Part shown: one piece after another, positions 1 to 8,259 of the stretch
Position numbering within the stretch: position 1 is the first letter of the stretch
Layout of the letters: each line of letters begins with the position of its first letter
DNA from: Nanobdellota archaeon
GTDB taxonomy: Archaea > Nanobdellota > Nanobdellia > Woesearchaeales > UBA10107
Assembly: GCA_038045085.1 (NCBI GenBank)
Contig: JBBSYT010000078.1
Coordinates: 1 to 34,762 of the forward strand
Length of the DNA: 34,762 nt
Reading direction: 5' to 3'
Program-made: the position numbers and the translations under genes
The notes under the pieces: generated by a model
What the model was told of the DNA's origin: nothing
What the model saw: only the letters and a program-made list of their open reading frames with translations
The model's database searches: none

Positions 1-744
1 AAAACTACTGCCGAAGATAATTTTTCAGCAACAAGTCCAGGAAGAGAGGCCGAATATTTGATAACTATGCTAAGAGAACTTAAAGATAAAAGCAACTGGG
101 AGAAATATTTCGGAAAAGGATTTGTAGAACTTAAATTCGTTAATGACTGGAAAAAAGCAAGTGGAAGCGATAACAAAGAAGGATGGGGTAAGTGGCAAAA
201 ACAGACATGGGAGAAGTACAATAGAAAGTTTGAAAGTAAAAAAGGGAACATAAATGAAATTATTCGCTTGACCAATTATAGAGTAAAGGAATTGCTTGAA
301 GAGAAAAAAAGAGATGTCAAAAAATTCACAAAATATGTTTTAAATAAGCATGAAAAAGTTGCTCCGAAATTAAAACAAAACTACGAAGAAATGAATAGAA
401 AAGTTGAAGAAACGAATGCAAAAATAAACAAATACAACTCAATAGTTGACGAAACAAACTCTAATTTTGCAGCACTAAGAACAAATCTCCAGAAAGCATC
501 AGGAAATATAACTGATGAGCAGAGGAGAGCGGCAATTTCTTTAATACCTCCATTGTTCAAAAAAGTTTTAGAAGGAATTAAAGAAATTGAAAAACAAGGA
601 TTAGAAATTCGAAAAGAAATGAAAGAATACGAACCACTACTGAAAGATATGAACAAGCGGGAAATAATCTGGAATAAAATCGTCGGATATAGTGCGATAT
701 TTGAAGAACAATATGGATTTGAATTAAAGGAGGAACCTGCATAA
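1..744 (+). CDS. K/E-rich coiled-coil protein, 5' end probably outside the window
   Basis: The frame is open from base 1, with no stop before the tracked TTG at 58. Stop at 742-744, 1 nt before the next start. Composition is heptad-like K/E/N-rich. No family recognised. Confidence 0.5.
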   Translation, partial: KTTAEDNFSATSPGREAEYLITMLRELKDKSNWEKYFGKGFVELKFVNDWKKASGSDNKEGWGKWQKQTWEKYNRKFESKKGNINEIIRLTNYRVKELLEEKKRDVKKFTKYVLNKHEKVAPKLKQNYEEMNRKVEETNAKINKYNSIVDETNSNFAALRTNLQKASGNITDEQRRAAISLIPPLFKKVLEGIKEIEKQGLEIRKEMKEYEPLLKDMNKREIIWNKIVGYSAIFEEQYGFELKEEPA

Positions 745-745
745 A

Positions 746-2056
746 ATGGCCGAAAACAAAGGCGAGTTTGTTTATTATGTAGTCATTGCTTTCCTATTCG
801 GATATGCGGCATGGGATAAATTTCATATCGCAGGATTAATTGGACTGGGAGCAATCTTATTTTTCTGGTATACAAAAAGAGAATATTTTGCATCAATAGC
901 AGGAGCTTGGGGGCTGATATATTTAATAAAACTTCTGATAATTGACATGAACCAATATTTCGTATTGGGGCTCGGAATACTGACGAGCATAATTTTTACT
1001 GGTGCGATGATGAAGTCAATGGAGCTAAGAGAAGCTCTAAAAAAACTTGATCTGGCACAAGAAGTTGCAATGCCTATATTTGGATGGGTTCTGGTCGGAA
1101 TAATTTGGCTTGTTAAATTTCTGATTAATTTTTTGTTAGGACTTATCCCCGTAGTGGGAAGATACATAGCAGGCTGGATAATAAATTTACTCGAAATAGC
1201 AATATTTAGGCCAATAAGATTCATCGCTAATGCAACATGGATGATTATTCTGCACTATTTGGGAACGCTGCAAGTGGCGGGAGCAATTTTAGCTGGAGGT
1301 TTCCCAATACTAATAGGAATTTTGCAGTCGTTGCCAAAATCAATGTCACCGGCAATAACTCACACAGGATTATTACTAGCATGGCAAAAAATCGTTCTTG
1401 GAATGGTTGTGCTTGGAGTTGGAATCTATGCGAGACTCCAAGAAGGCCAGGGGAAAGATGGCGCTTTTGGCGGCTTTATTAAAAAAGAACTTCACAGATT
1501 GCTACTGAAAATTGCAGTCGTCAGAGATTTTGAATGGGTAAGAAATATGGGGAAAGGTGTTGGAAAACTTGAAGCGCAAGCCATGATGCTTGAATTTATT
1601 GAAGACCCAAGAATAAAAGAAAAAATAAGGGACAGACTTGCAAGATTGAAGCTGGCTTTAAAAATGAGAAAAGCTGACCGTGAATTTATTGAAAATGAAA
1701 TGAAAGTAGAAATAACAACTTTGCTTTTGCAGGAATCCGCAAGAAAAAAACAAATACACGGCATAATGAATGCAGAAATCGGTGCAGGAGGAAAAGATCC
1801 AGTAATAGAATTTGAGAGAAAAATACTATTTTACTTAAAACTTGGGGAATGGAGAAAGAACAGAGAAATCGAAAATATGAAAGAAGAATTAGAACAATAT
1901 GGACTTCCACTGGATGATAAAACGGAGTTAAAAATAAAAATGGCGCTTAAGGATAAATTGGATGAAACATACAATAACTTGAATACTACAGAAAAATATG
2001 CAAAATTAGTTGAAAGAATAATGGAGGAAATACAAAGTGAACACAAACAGCAATGA
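746..2056 (+). CDS. Polytopic membrane protein with a long C-terminal coiled-coil domain
   Basis: ATG at 746 preceded by AGGAGG (728-733). The N-terminal ~230 aa contain about 7 hydrophobic helices (e.g. FVYYVVIAFLFGYAAW, VAMPIFGWVLVGIIWLV). The C-terminal ~200 aa are K/E-rich helical. Confidence 0.6.
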   Translation: MAENKGEFVYYVVIAFLFGYAAWDKFHIAGLIGLGAILFFWYTKREYFASIAGAWGLIYLIKLLIIDMNQYFVLGLGILTSIIFTGAMMKSMELREALKKLDLAQEVAMPIFGWVLVGIIWLVKFLINFLLGLIPVVGRYIAGWIINLLEIAIFRPIRFIANATWMIILHYLGTLQVAGAILAGGFPILIGILQSLPKSMSPAITHTGLLLAWQKIVLGMVVLGVGIYARLQEGQGKDGAFGGFIKKELHRLLLKIAVVRDFEWVRNMGKGVGKLEAQAMMLEFIEDPRIKEKIRDRLARLKLALKMRKADREFIENEMKVEITTLLLQESARKKQIHGIMNAEIGAGGKDPVIEFERKILFYLKLGEWRKNREIENMKEELEQYGLPLDDKTELKIKMALKDKLDETYNNLNTTEKYAKLVERIMEEIQSEHKQQ

Positions 2057-2780
2057 TTCATTCATTGAGAAAAAGCTAAACAGCATAATTGCTGCCGGAA
2101 AAGCGCTTGAACTTCTTGAAGAGATAGCGATAGCTGAAAAAACAGAAAGAGATACTAAAAAAGACATTAAAAAAGGAGGCTTTGTTATTGAGGGAGGTAG
2201 GAGACAATCAATTATTGAAAAAATAAGAAGTATAGACCCGTCATTTGCAGAATCGCTAAAATCTGCAGAAAACAAGGATAAATTTATTGAACTAATAAAA
2301 GCAAGAATAGCCGATATCGATAGAGAACTGAGTTTAGTAAGAAAGCAAATAAAAAAAATATCTCCTAAAGAAGAAAAAACGCTCAATCAAAGCGAAAGAG
2401 TACTTGCGAAGTTCTGGAAAATATATGAAGAAATGCTATCAATTCAAAAAAACACTGTTGACAATCTAGAACTTAATAAAAAGTACGAATTTGAACTTGT
2501 TAGTGCTATGAAAGAAAGTAAACTAGGAGAGAAAATTGACTATTTCATCAAAGAAGCGGATAAATCGGTAAAGAGGTCAAGAGAAAACATAATGCTTCTG
2601 GAAAAAATGATTAACCTAATGGAAGAAATGGAAAAAATCAAACCAGATATTGCAAACATGGAAGAACGGATGATTTCGGAAGCAGAAGAGACAGAGGGCA
2701 TAATAGAAATGATACTTTCCAAGTTAGGATTTAAAAGAAAACAATTAAATATCGAAAGAGGGCTAGAAGGAATAAGATGA
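2037..2780 (+). CDS. Coiled-coil protein (GTG start)
   Basis: GTG at 2037 lies 9 nt after GGAGG (2023-2027) and overlaps the upstream gene by 20 nt. There is no in-frame ATG near the 5' end. K/E-rich helical composition. Confidence 0.55.
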   Translation: MNTNSNDSFIEKKLNSIIAAGKALELLEEIAIAEKTERDTKKDIKKGGFVIEGGRRQSIIEKIRSIDPSFAESLKSAENKDKFIELIKARIADIDRELSLVRKQIKKISPKEEKTLNQSERVLAKFWKIYEEMLSIQKNTVDNLELNKKYEFELVSAMKESKLGEKIDYFIKEADKSVKRSRENIMLLEKMINLMEEMEKIKPDIANMEERMISEAEETEGIIEMILSKLGFKRKQLNIERGLEGIR

Positions 2781-3730
2781 AAAAAGTAACTGGATTTGTT
2801 ATTGCGAGCTTGTTTTCAGTACTTAGTGCAGCCGCTCAAAATCCATTCCAGTCTTTTGCCGAAAATGCAAGAACGGGAGCATTATCCGACAGCCTAAAAA
2901 ATATAATTTCTTCAGCATCTGCTATGCCAAATTATATCGAAGCTTTCTTAATATTCATCATACTCGGATTTGCATTAAAAGAAGGAGTTGGAAAAACATG
3001 GCCGGATTCAAAACACAAAGGAGCAATTTCCGTGTCCATGTCGCTTTTACTTGCGTTCGGATACTTGAGAAGTGAAGTTACACTCGGCGGATACATATGG
3101 TATGTACTTGGAACAGTATTAATTGGCATGCTGATTAATCATCTTTCAAATCCAAAAAAAGAGCTTTCAAAATCATTAATTTCACTCGCAATTGGATTTG
3201 CGGTTACATTTTTATTAATATTTGGAATAGGTTTTACCGCAGGCGGAACGGGGTTCAGTCTTCCATGGAAAAGTTCAACAGAACAAACCAGCCCGCTTCA
3301 ATCAAGACTCATAATGAGTTCAACCGGATTATACATCTCCCAAGACCCTAATGAAAACTTTAGACTTGGAGAAACGGCATTAAAAAATGGACGATATGCC
3401 GAAGCAAGAAGATACTTTACAGAAGTTGCTTCTGCAGGAAATGTTCCCGGAAATAATAACTACAATAAAGCGTTCAGATACATAAATCCAGACAAAAAAG
3501 ATGACTTAATATTTAAAAAAATGGTAGCAGACTACAGGGAAGCAATCATAGCGAGAAATGTTAGATTAAGGGATATTGCATTGGAAATTAAAAATAAAAA
3601 TTGGGAACAGGGTTCTGCTGAATTAACGAAGGCCAAAGCTGAGGCAAAAATAGTATATGACGGAATTGCATCAAGAAAAAAAGAACTTTGCACCGAATTT
3701 GAATACAGAGGAGCGCCGATATGCAACTAA
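2777..3730 (+). CDS. Signal-peptide membrane protein with a C-terminal TPR-like 'FRYINPDKKDD' domain
   Basis: ATGA overlap with the upstream stop. N-terminal signal peptide MKKVTGFVIASLFSVLSAAAQ, then about 4 TM helices. The C-terminal ~125 aa are paralogous to 5883..6377. Confidence 0.6.
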   Translation: MKKVTGFVIASLFSVLSAAAQNPFQSFAENARTGALSDSLKNIISSASAMPNYIEAFLIFIILGFALKEGVGKTWPDSKHKGAISVSMSLLLAFGYLRSEVTLGGYIWYVLGTVLIGMLINHLSNPKKELSKSLISLAIGFAVTFLLIFGIGFTAGGTGFSLPWKSSTEQTSPLQSRLIMSSTGLYISQDPNENFRLGETALKNGRYAEARRYFTEVASAGNVPGNNNYNKAFRYINPDKKDDLIFKKMVADYREAIIARNVRLRDIALEIKNKNWEQGSAELTKAKAEAKIVYDGIASRKKELCTEFEYRGAPICN

Positions 3731-5304
3731 CAGATAAAAAACTACCGGGAACATTGATGCTGATGCTAGTTGTTTTAATAGTTTCAGTTTTTGCCGCAGA
3801 CAACGATATATCGACAGCATTGGATGATATTGTTTCGAAAATAAGCAGTCTCGATTTTACAGGAGTTAGCGAAGAAAAACTAGTTGAACTTGGGAAAGAT
3901 GCCATAACCAACGCGAATGAAGCAGAGAAAAGATATGCAGAAATAACTGGACAAAAAATAGAAGAAGCCGAGAAAATTGCGGCGGAAGAAGCAAGAAAAG
4001 GGCAGAAAGAAGGAATTACATTCACTAAAATAAGAAATGCTGTGACAGATAATTATGAAAGAATAATATTTATCTTGACTATATTGGCAGCCATAATAGG
4101 TGGCATTTTAAAATACACAAATCTTGGGAAAAACATCCTGGGGAAACTTAAACTTAGAAAAAGCTTTGTTTCGAGAATGATTGCCTATATTAAAAAAGTT
4201 ACCAGCAAGTTAAGAAAATTAAATTTAGCAGGGATGAACATAAGAAAAACAAAACTATTCAAGAAGCATAACGAAGACGTTGAAGAACTTCTCAGAATAA
4301 CAGAGAAAGACCCGGCCAAAATATATACTGAGAAGGCATTAATATATGAATTAATTGCGAACGAGAAAGAAATAGAAAAAATAAACAAAGTATCTGGAAA
4401 AGAGATAGAAAGGTATGAGAAACTTCTTAAGAACATAAAGCCTGTATCGATAACAAGAATGGCAGAAGACTTAAACGAACAGAGAAAAACTGTTCAAAAA
4501 GTAAGAGAGGTAATTGTAAAAAAAGACTGGCAATCAAGCGAAGTTTACCTTAAAGGAATACCAATAGAAAATATCGAAAGAGACATGGACAAATTAATTT
4601 CGGATTTGACATTTGAAAAAGATTTTGTAAATAAAGAACTTTGGTCAGATTTGAACAAACTATCAACTGCAGTTTACTCATTAAAGCTTGCATGGTCTGC
4701 AGAAAATGTAATAATTGGTCAACAAAATAAAATACTTGATGCACTGATGAAAAACAAAATAGAAGGAACCGAACTAACTAATAGTATCGGCGCAATAAAA
4801 AAACTAAATGATAAATTAAAAGAAGTATATATCAGAGAAATTCAGCTTATGGGAACTCTCCTTGAAAAAGAAAAAATGTTCAAAGCTGAAATTGAAAGTG
4901 TAGAAAAAGGGGTGGCTGCAGAGATTGAAGAGTTGTGGAAAAAGTACAATATTGTCAATGCTGAATCCCTGAATGAGTCAAAAATATTTGAGTTAAATAA
5001 TATTCCATATATCGAGGCCAAAAACTCAATTAAACTAAAAAAAGGAGAAATCAAGAAAATATCGGATTTAAAAAATAATGTGCTTGATTTCGAAAAAGAA
5101 GATGTTGAGACTTTACTCGGAGGGACTGGAAAATCAAAGTTAGGAGAGTGGTTTATCTCGGAGTTCAACAAAAGAGATTTGGCTGAAAGAATTGAAAGCA
5201 TCGCAAGAATTTATCGTAAGAGGGGAGCAGAACCCGATACATTGCTCAATATAAAAACAAAATTAAAGAGAGAAATTGATGACTTCTATCCAGACTTAAA
5301 GTAA
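3721..5304 (+). CDS. Signal-anchored protein with a second TM helix and a ~390 aa coiled-coil region
   Basis: ATG at 3721 lies 7 nt after AGAGGAG (3707-3713) and overlaps the upstream gene by 10 nt. Hydrophobic N-terminus LMLMLVVLIVSVF. Second TM helix IIFILTILAAIIGGIL. Confidence 0.6.
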   Translation: MQLTDKKLPGTLMLMLVVLIVSVFAADNDISTALDDIVSKISSLDFTGVSEEKLVELGKDAITNANEAEKRYAEITGQKIEEAEKIAAEEARKGQKEGITFTKIRNAVTDNYERIIFILTILAAIIGGILKYTNLGKNILGKLKLRKSFVSRMIAYIKKVTSKLRKLNLAGMNIRKTKLFKKHNEDVEELLRITEKDPAKIYTEKALIYELIANEKEIEKINKVSGKEIERYEKLLKNIKPVSITRMAEDLNEQRKTVQKVREVIVKKDWQSSEVYLKGIPIENIERDMDKLISDLTFEKDFVNKELWSDLNKLSTAVYSLKLAWSAENVIIGQQNKILDALMKNKIEGTELTNSIGAIKKLNDKLKEVYIREIQLMGTLLEKEKMFKAEIESVEKGVAAEIEELWKKYNIVNAESLNESKIFELNNIPYIEAKNSIKLKKGEIKKISDLKNNVLDFEKEDVETLLGGTGKSKLGEWFISEFNKRDLAERIESIARIYRKRGAEPDTLLNIKTKLKREIDDFYPDLK

Positions 5305-5775
5305 TTACTCTTCATCATCATCAGACTGAACTGCAGCAACCGGCACATTTGCTGTTGCTTTTGTAGGAGTCATAACTAAGTATTTTCTACCGTCTTTTTC
5401 ATCTATTTTATCAGATATACCTGAGATTCCTTTTCTAGAAAGAGCAGCTAAATCAGCAACTTTGCCGTCTACACAAGCAAGAGCGACAGGAAGGGAAACT
5501 CTGTAATTTCCTATCTTAACTAAAGTATTATTAGGATTAAATTTATGTTCTCTGCCAAAATCTCTTTGAGTAACTATATTTTCCAAAGGCATATCAAATC
5601 CTGGAACTTGAATAGGAGTAATGTAGAAAACTCTGTTTTGTTTTGCTTGTGTACGATTACCAACATAACATCCACCCACAAATGTAAGGGCTCCCACTGC
5701 AACATAAGGCAATAGTTTTCTAACCTTTCTGGACAATCTGTACGCCCATGATGCTCCATCGTTAATATCGTTCAT
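5305..5775 (-). CDS. Small single-pass membrane protein with an acidic C-terminal tail
   Basis: ATG at 5775 lies about 29 nt downstream of a minus-strand TATA box. TM helix LLPYVAVGALTFVGGCYVG. C-terminus ends in DDDEE. Confidence 0.55.
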   Translation of the reverse strand: MNDINDGASWAYRLSRKVRKLLPYVAVGALTFVGGCYVGNRTQAKQNRVFYITPIQVPGFDMPLENIVTQRDFGREHKFNPNNTLVKIGNYRVSLPVALACVDGKVADLAALSRKGISGISDKIDEKDGRKYLVMTPTKATANVPVAAVQSDDDEE

Positions 5776-5800
5776 AGTACGATATTGGGAGATATGCCGA

Positions 5801-5816
5801 TATATAAATCTTTCGT
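5801..5816 (-). promoter_or_regulatory. BRE/TATA promoter for 5305..5775
   Basis: The minus strand reads ACGAAAGATTTATATA. This is a purine-rich BRE directly 5' of a TATA box, about 29 nt from the ATG (leaderless spacing). The same block occurs at 8136-8150 and 14795-14809. Confidence 0.6.
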
Positions 5817-5819
5817 TTT

Positions 5820-5841
5820 GTAGTTACTTATAAGTAGTTAC
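5820..5841. promoter_or_regulatory. Operator-like element GTAGTTAC-TTATAA-GTAGTTAC between two divergent TATA boxes
   Basis: The octamer repeat is read directly from the sequence. Its exact reverse complement occurs at 8155-8176, at the same spacing from the same BRE/TATA block. Confidence 0.45.
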
Positions 5842-5852
5842 AAATAGAAAGG

Positions 5853-5860
5853 TTTATATA
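5853..5860 (+). promoter_or_regulatory. TATA box for 5883..6377
   Basis: TTTATATA lies about 27 nt upstream of the ATG at 5883. Confidence 0.5.
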
Positions 5861-5882
5861 TGAGGTTCTCTAACTATTAACG

Positions 5883-6377
5883 ATGAAAAAGACATTGGCA
5901 GCAGTCATTATCGCCGGATTAACCGGACTAACTGAACTATGCCCAGCAAACACCATTCAATCGAGATTGGTTGTTCAAGGCCAAACAAACCCAGAATATA
6001 GTTACAGATTGGGAGAAGAATCCCGTAAAAACGGAAAATATAAAGAGGCAAGAAAATACTTTAGTGATGTTGTGGCGGCGAGAAATACGCCAGAAAACAA
6101 ACATTACAGACAGGCATTCAGATATATAAATCCGGACAAAAAAGATGATTTGTTATTCAAACAAATGGTCGAAGATTATTCGCAAAGAATAAAAGCAGAA
6201 AGTCTCTTACTAAGAGAACTTGCATCAGAATCAAAAACTTACGATAAAAACAGCCCAGAAAATAAAAAGTTAAAAATAAAAATGGCTGAAATTAGAAATG
6301 CAATTGATGATAAGACAAAAGAGCTGTGTGAAGAATATGAATACAGAGGAGTAAAATGCGAACAAATGAAAATTTAG
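5883..6377 (+). CDS. Secreted protein made almost entirely of the 'FRYINPDKKDD' TPR-like domain
   Basis: Signal peptide MKKTLAAVIIAGLTGLTE. Residues ~37-164 align with the C-terminus of 2777..3730 (YRLGE..KNG.Y.EAR.YF, AFRYINPDKKDDL.FK.MV.DY, ELC.E.EYRG). Confidence 0.6.
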   Translation: MKKTLAAVIIAGLTGLTELCPANTIQSRLVVQGQTNPEYSYRLGEESRKNGKYKEARKYFSDVVAARNTPENKHYRQAFRYINPDKKDDLLFKQMVEDYSQRIKAESLLLRELASESKTYDKNSPENKKLKIKMAEIRNAIDDKTKELCEEYEYRGVKCEQMKI

Positions 6378-7027
6378 AAACAAAAATAAATAGAAAAAAT
6401 TCGAAAATATTGCCACTAATAGCAGCCGCAGGAATCGCAGTTGGAATTCCAGGAAATGCTCGTGCATTTGATTTTGGACTAGGAGGACTTTTTACAGCTC
6501 TTGCTCAGTCAGCAGGATCCATAATTAAAACAATAGGTAAAGAAGTTGGTCCAGCAGCAAAAGAGCTTGGAATAGGTTTAATTGATGCATCGAGAGACGT
6601 TACGCTTAGCGCAAAGGATGCGATAGGAGATGTTTATAGAGATGTTCAAGATGATTTTTGGTACAGAGATGCACAAGACAAATTTAGAACAAGCATAGAT
6701 AGAATAAGAAATTATGAAACTATAAAGATGATTAATAGAACTTCTGAAGCATTAAAATATGCAGGATATGCTGAAGCAATAATGGCAAATCCAGATAAAA
6801 TACCTCCACTTGATGGTGGAAGAGGATATCTTAGAGCTGCATATGACCTAAGACTGGCAGAAGAATCTTCAACATCAAGATATGAAGCAGAAAAGAAACT
6901 TCTTAAAGCAGAACGTGAAAGAAGAGACGCAGAAATATTGAAGGGCTTTGACCAGAGCAAAGGCAGAAAAACAAGCAATGGAAGTACTGACGCCGCTCCT
7001 AAAAAGAAAAATATGTTTGGATTCTAA
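6356..7027 (+). CDS. Secreted hypothetical protein
   Basis: ATG at 6356 lies 4 nt after AGAGGAG (6345-6351) and overlaps the upstream gene by 22 nt. Signal-like segment ILPLIAAAGIAVGIPGNARA. Confidence 0.55.
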   Translation: MRTNENLETKINRKNSKILPLIAAAGIAVGIPGNARAFDFGLGGLFTALAQSAGSIIKTIGKEVGPAAKELGIGLIDASRDVTLSAKDAIGDVYRDVQDDFWYRDAQDKFRTSIDRIRNYETIKMINRTSEALKYAGYAEAIMANPDKIPPLDGGRGYLRAAYDLRLAEESSTSRYEAEKKLLKAERERRDAEILKGFDQSKGRKTSNGSTDAAPKKKNMFGF

Positions 7028-7093
7028 TTTATATTATTAATTTTTATTTTTTAATTATATTTATCTTAGATTAAATTTTAATTTAAAAAATAA

Positions 7094-8113
7094 TTAGTTT
7101 CTAACTATGTCAAAGAACGGCGAATATGTATTTTTCTTTAAATCGACTGGATTTCCAAGAGAATAACTAATCTTTTGTTTCGGAGAAACAGCCTTAACGA
7201 TTGGTCTCCAGCTCAAAATTCCATCAGAAACATAAAGTAATCCGTCATTTGATTTAGTCATAAATGAAATGCTGTCTGCATTTTCAAAAGTAAGTCTTTT
7301 TCCTGCAAGTGTCGTATAATACGGAATATGCTTATCTTTTACTCCATTAGGCAACGGCTTCAAAAGACTGTCTTTTAATTTCAATGAATAAATATCAGAT
7401 TTTCCATTGATATCTTTTCTGACATAAGCCAGAGTATTTTCATCAATCCACGCCATTCTTCCAACAAGTTTATCGATTGAGCTCTTCAAAAATATCTGAT
7501 CGTAAGCTCCAGAATCAGTATCAATACGGATATATTTTCTATTATTTCCATTTTTAGCGCAAACGACGGCCAATTTTTTTCCACCAGATTCAATCACATC
7601 TAAATCTGAAAAGTCTACTTTGTCTTCGAGAATTGTATTAATATTACTTCCGTCTCTGTTTACAAGAACTAAAGACTCCAAATTATTACCTTCGTTGTTT
7701 ATTAAAATAAGTTTATTTCCTATTAGTTTGTATTCTTCAGGAGATACGTCCTTCATAATCAAAGAAATTTCGTCCCCTGATTTCGAATAAAGATTTCCGT
7801 CCTTCATGAAAAATGTGCTATTGTTAAAATATCTTGGATTTTTTATTTTTCCGTATTTAGCTGCAGTACTGGCAGTAAAACTTGTCGAAGAATTATTTGT
7901 AAGACTTTCAGATATTAATTCATTTCCAACTTCATATATTAAAGATTTTCCTGCAAGAGATGAAGATATTGTTTTTTCTGAAGTTGTTTGAGTTGGTAAA
8001 GATTCATATTTAGGAGTTTCTATTGCTTTTGTAACTGGCTTAGGTTTATTTCCTGCACAACCTGCTATTGCTAGTAAAGATGCCAATGCTATTGCTGATT
8101 TGATTGGTTTCAT
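7094..8113 (-). CDS. Lipobox-type surface protein, probably a beta-propeller-like fold
   Basis: N-terminus MKPIKSAIALASLLAIAGCAGN is a signal peptide followed by a lipobox Cys. The rest is beta-rich with repeated short strand-like segments. Fold assignment is a guess. Confidence 0.55.
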   Translation of the reverse strand: MKPIKSAIALASLLAIAGCAGNKPKPVTKAIETPKYESLPTQTTSEKTISSSLAGKSLIYEVGNELISESLTNNSSTSFTASTAAKYGKIKNPRYFNNSTFFMKDGNLYSKSGDEISLIMKDVSPEEYKLIGNKLILINNEGNNLESLVLVNRDGSNINTILEDKVDFSDLDVIESGGKKLAVVCAKNGNNRKYIRIDTDSGAYDQIFLKSSIDKLVGRMAWIDENTLAYVRKDINGKSDIYSLKLKDSLLKPLPNGVKDKHIPYYTTLAGKRLTFENADSISFMTKSNDGLLYVSDGILSWRPIVKAVSPKQKISYSLGNPVDLKKNTYSPFFDIVRN

Positions 8114-8135
8114 ACTTAACCTAACGTAACACTCC

Positions 8136-8150
8136 TTTATATATCTTTCG
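8136..8150 (-). promoter_or_regulatory. BRE/TATA promoter for 7094..8113
   Basis: The minus strand reads CGAAAGATATATAAA, about 28 nt from the ATG at 8113. It shares the ATCTTTCGTTTTGTA block with 5801-5822. Confidence 0.6.
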
Positions 8151-8154
8151 TTTT

Positions 8155-8176
8155 GTAACTACTTATAAGTAACTAC
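8155..8176. promoter_or_regulatory. Operator-like element GTAACTAC-TTATAA-GTAACTAC
   Basis: Exact reverse complement of 5820-5841, in the same position relative to the minus-strand BRE/TATA. Confidence 0.45.
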
Positions 8177-8209
8177 ATGTTAAACCAAGCCCAGAAGCTC
8201 TTAAACCCC

Positions 8210-8224
8210 CGAAATGTTTATAAA
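8210..8224 (+). promoter_or_regulatory. BRE/TATA promoter for 8260..9261
   Basis: CGAAATGTTTATAAA is followed by a leader carrying AGGAGAAAGAGG ahead of the ATG at 8260. Confidence 0.45.
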
Positions 8225-8259
8225 GAGCCTTTGCCTAAGAAGGAGAAAGAGGTATTAAA

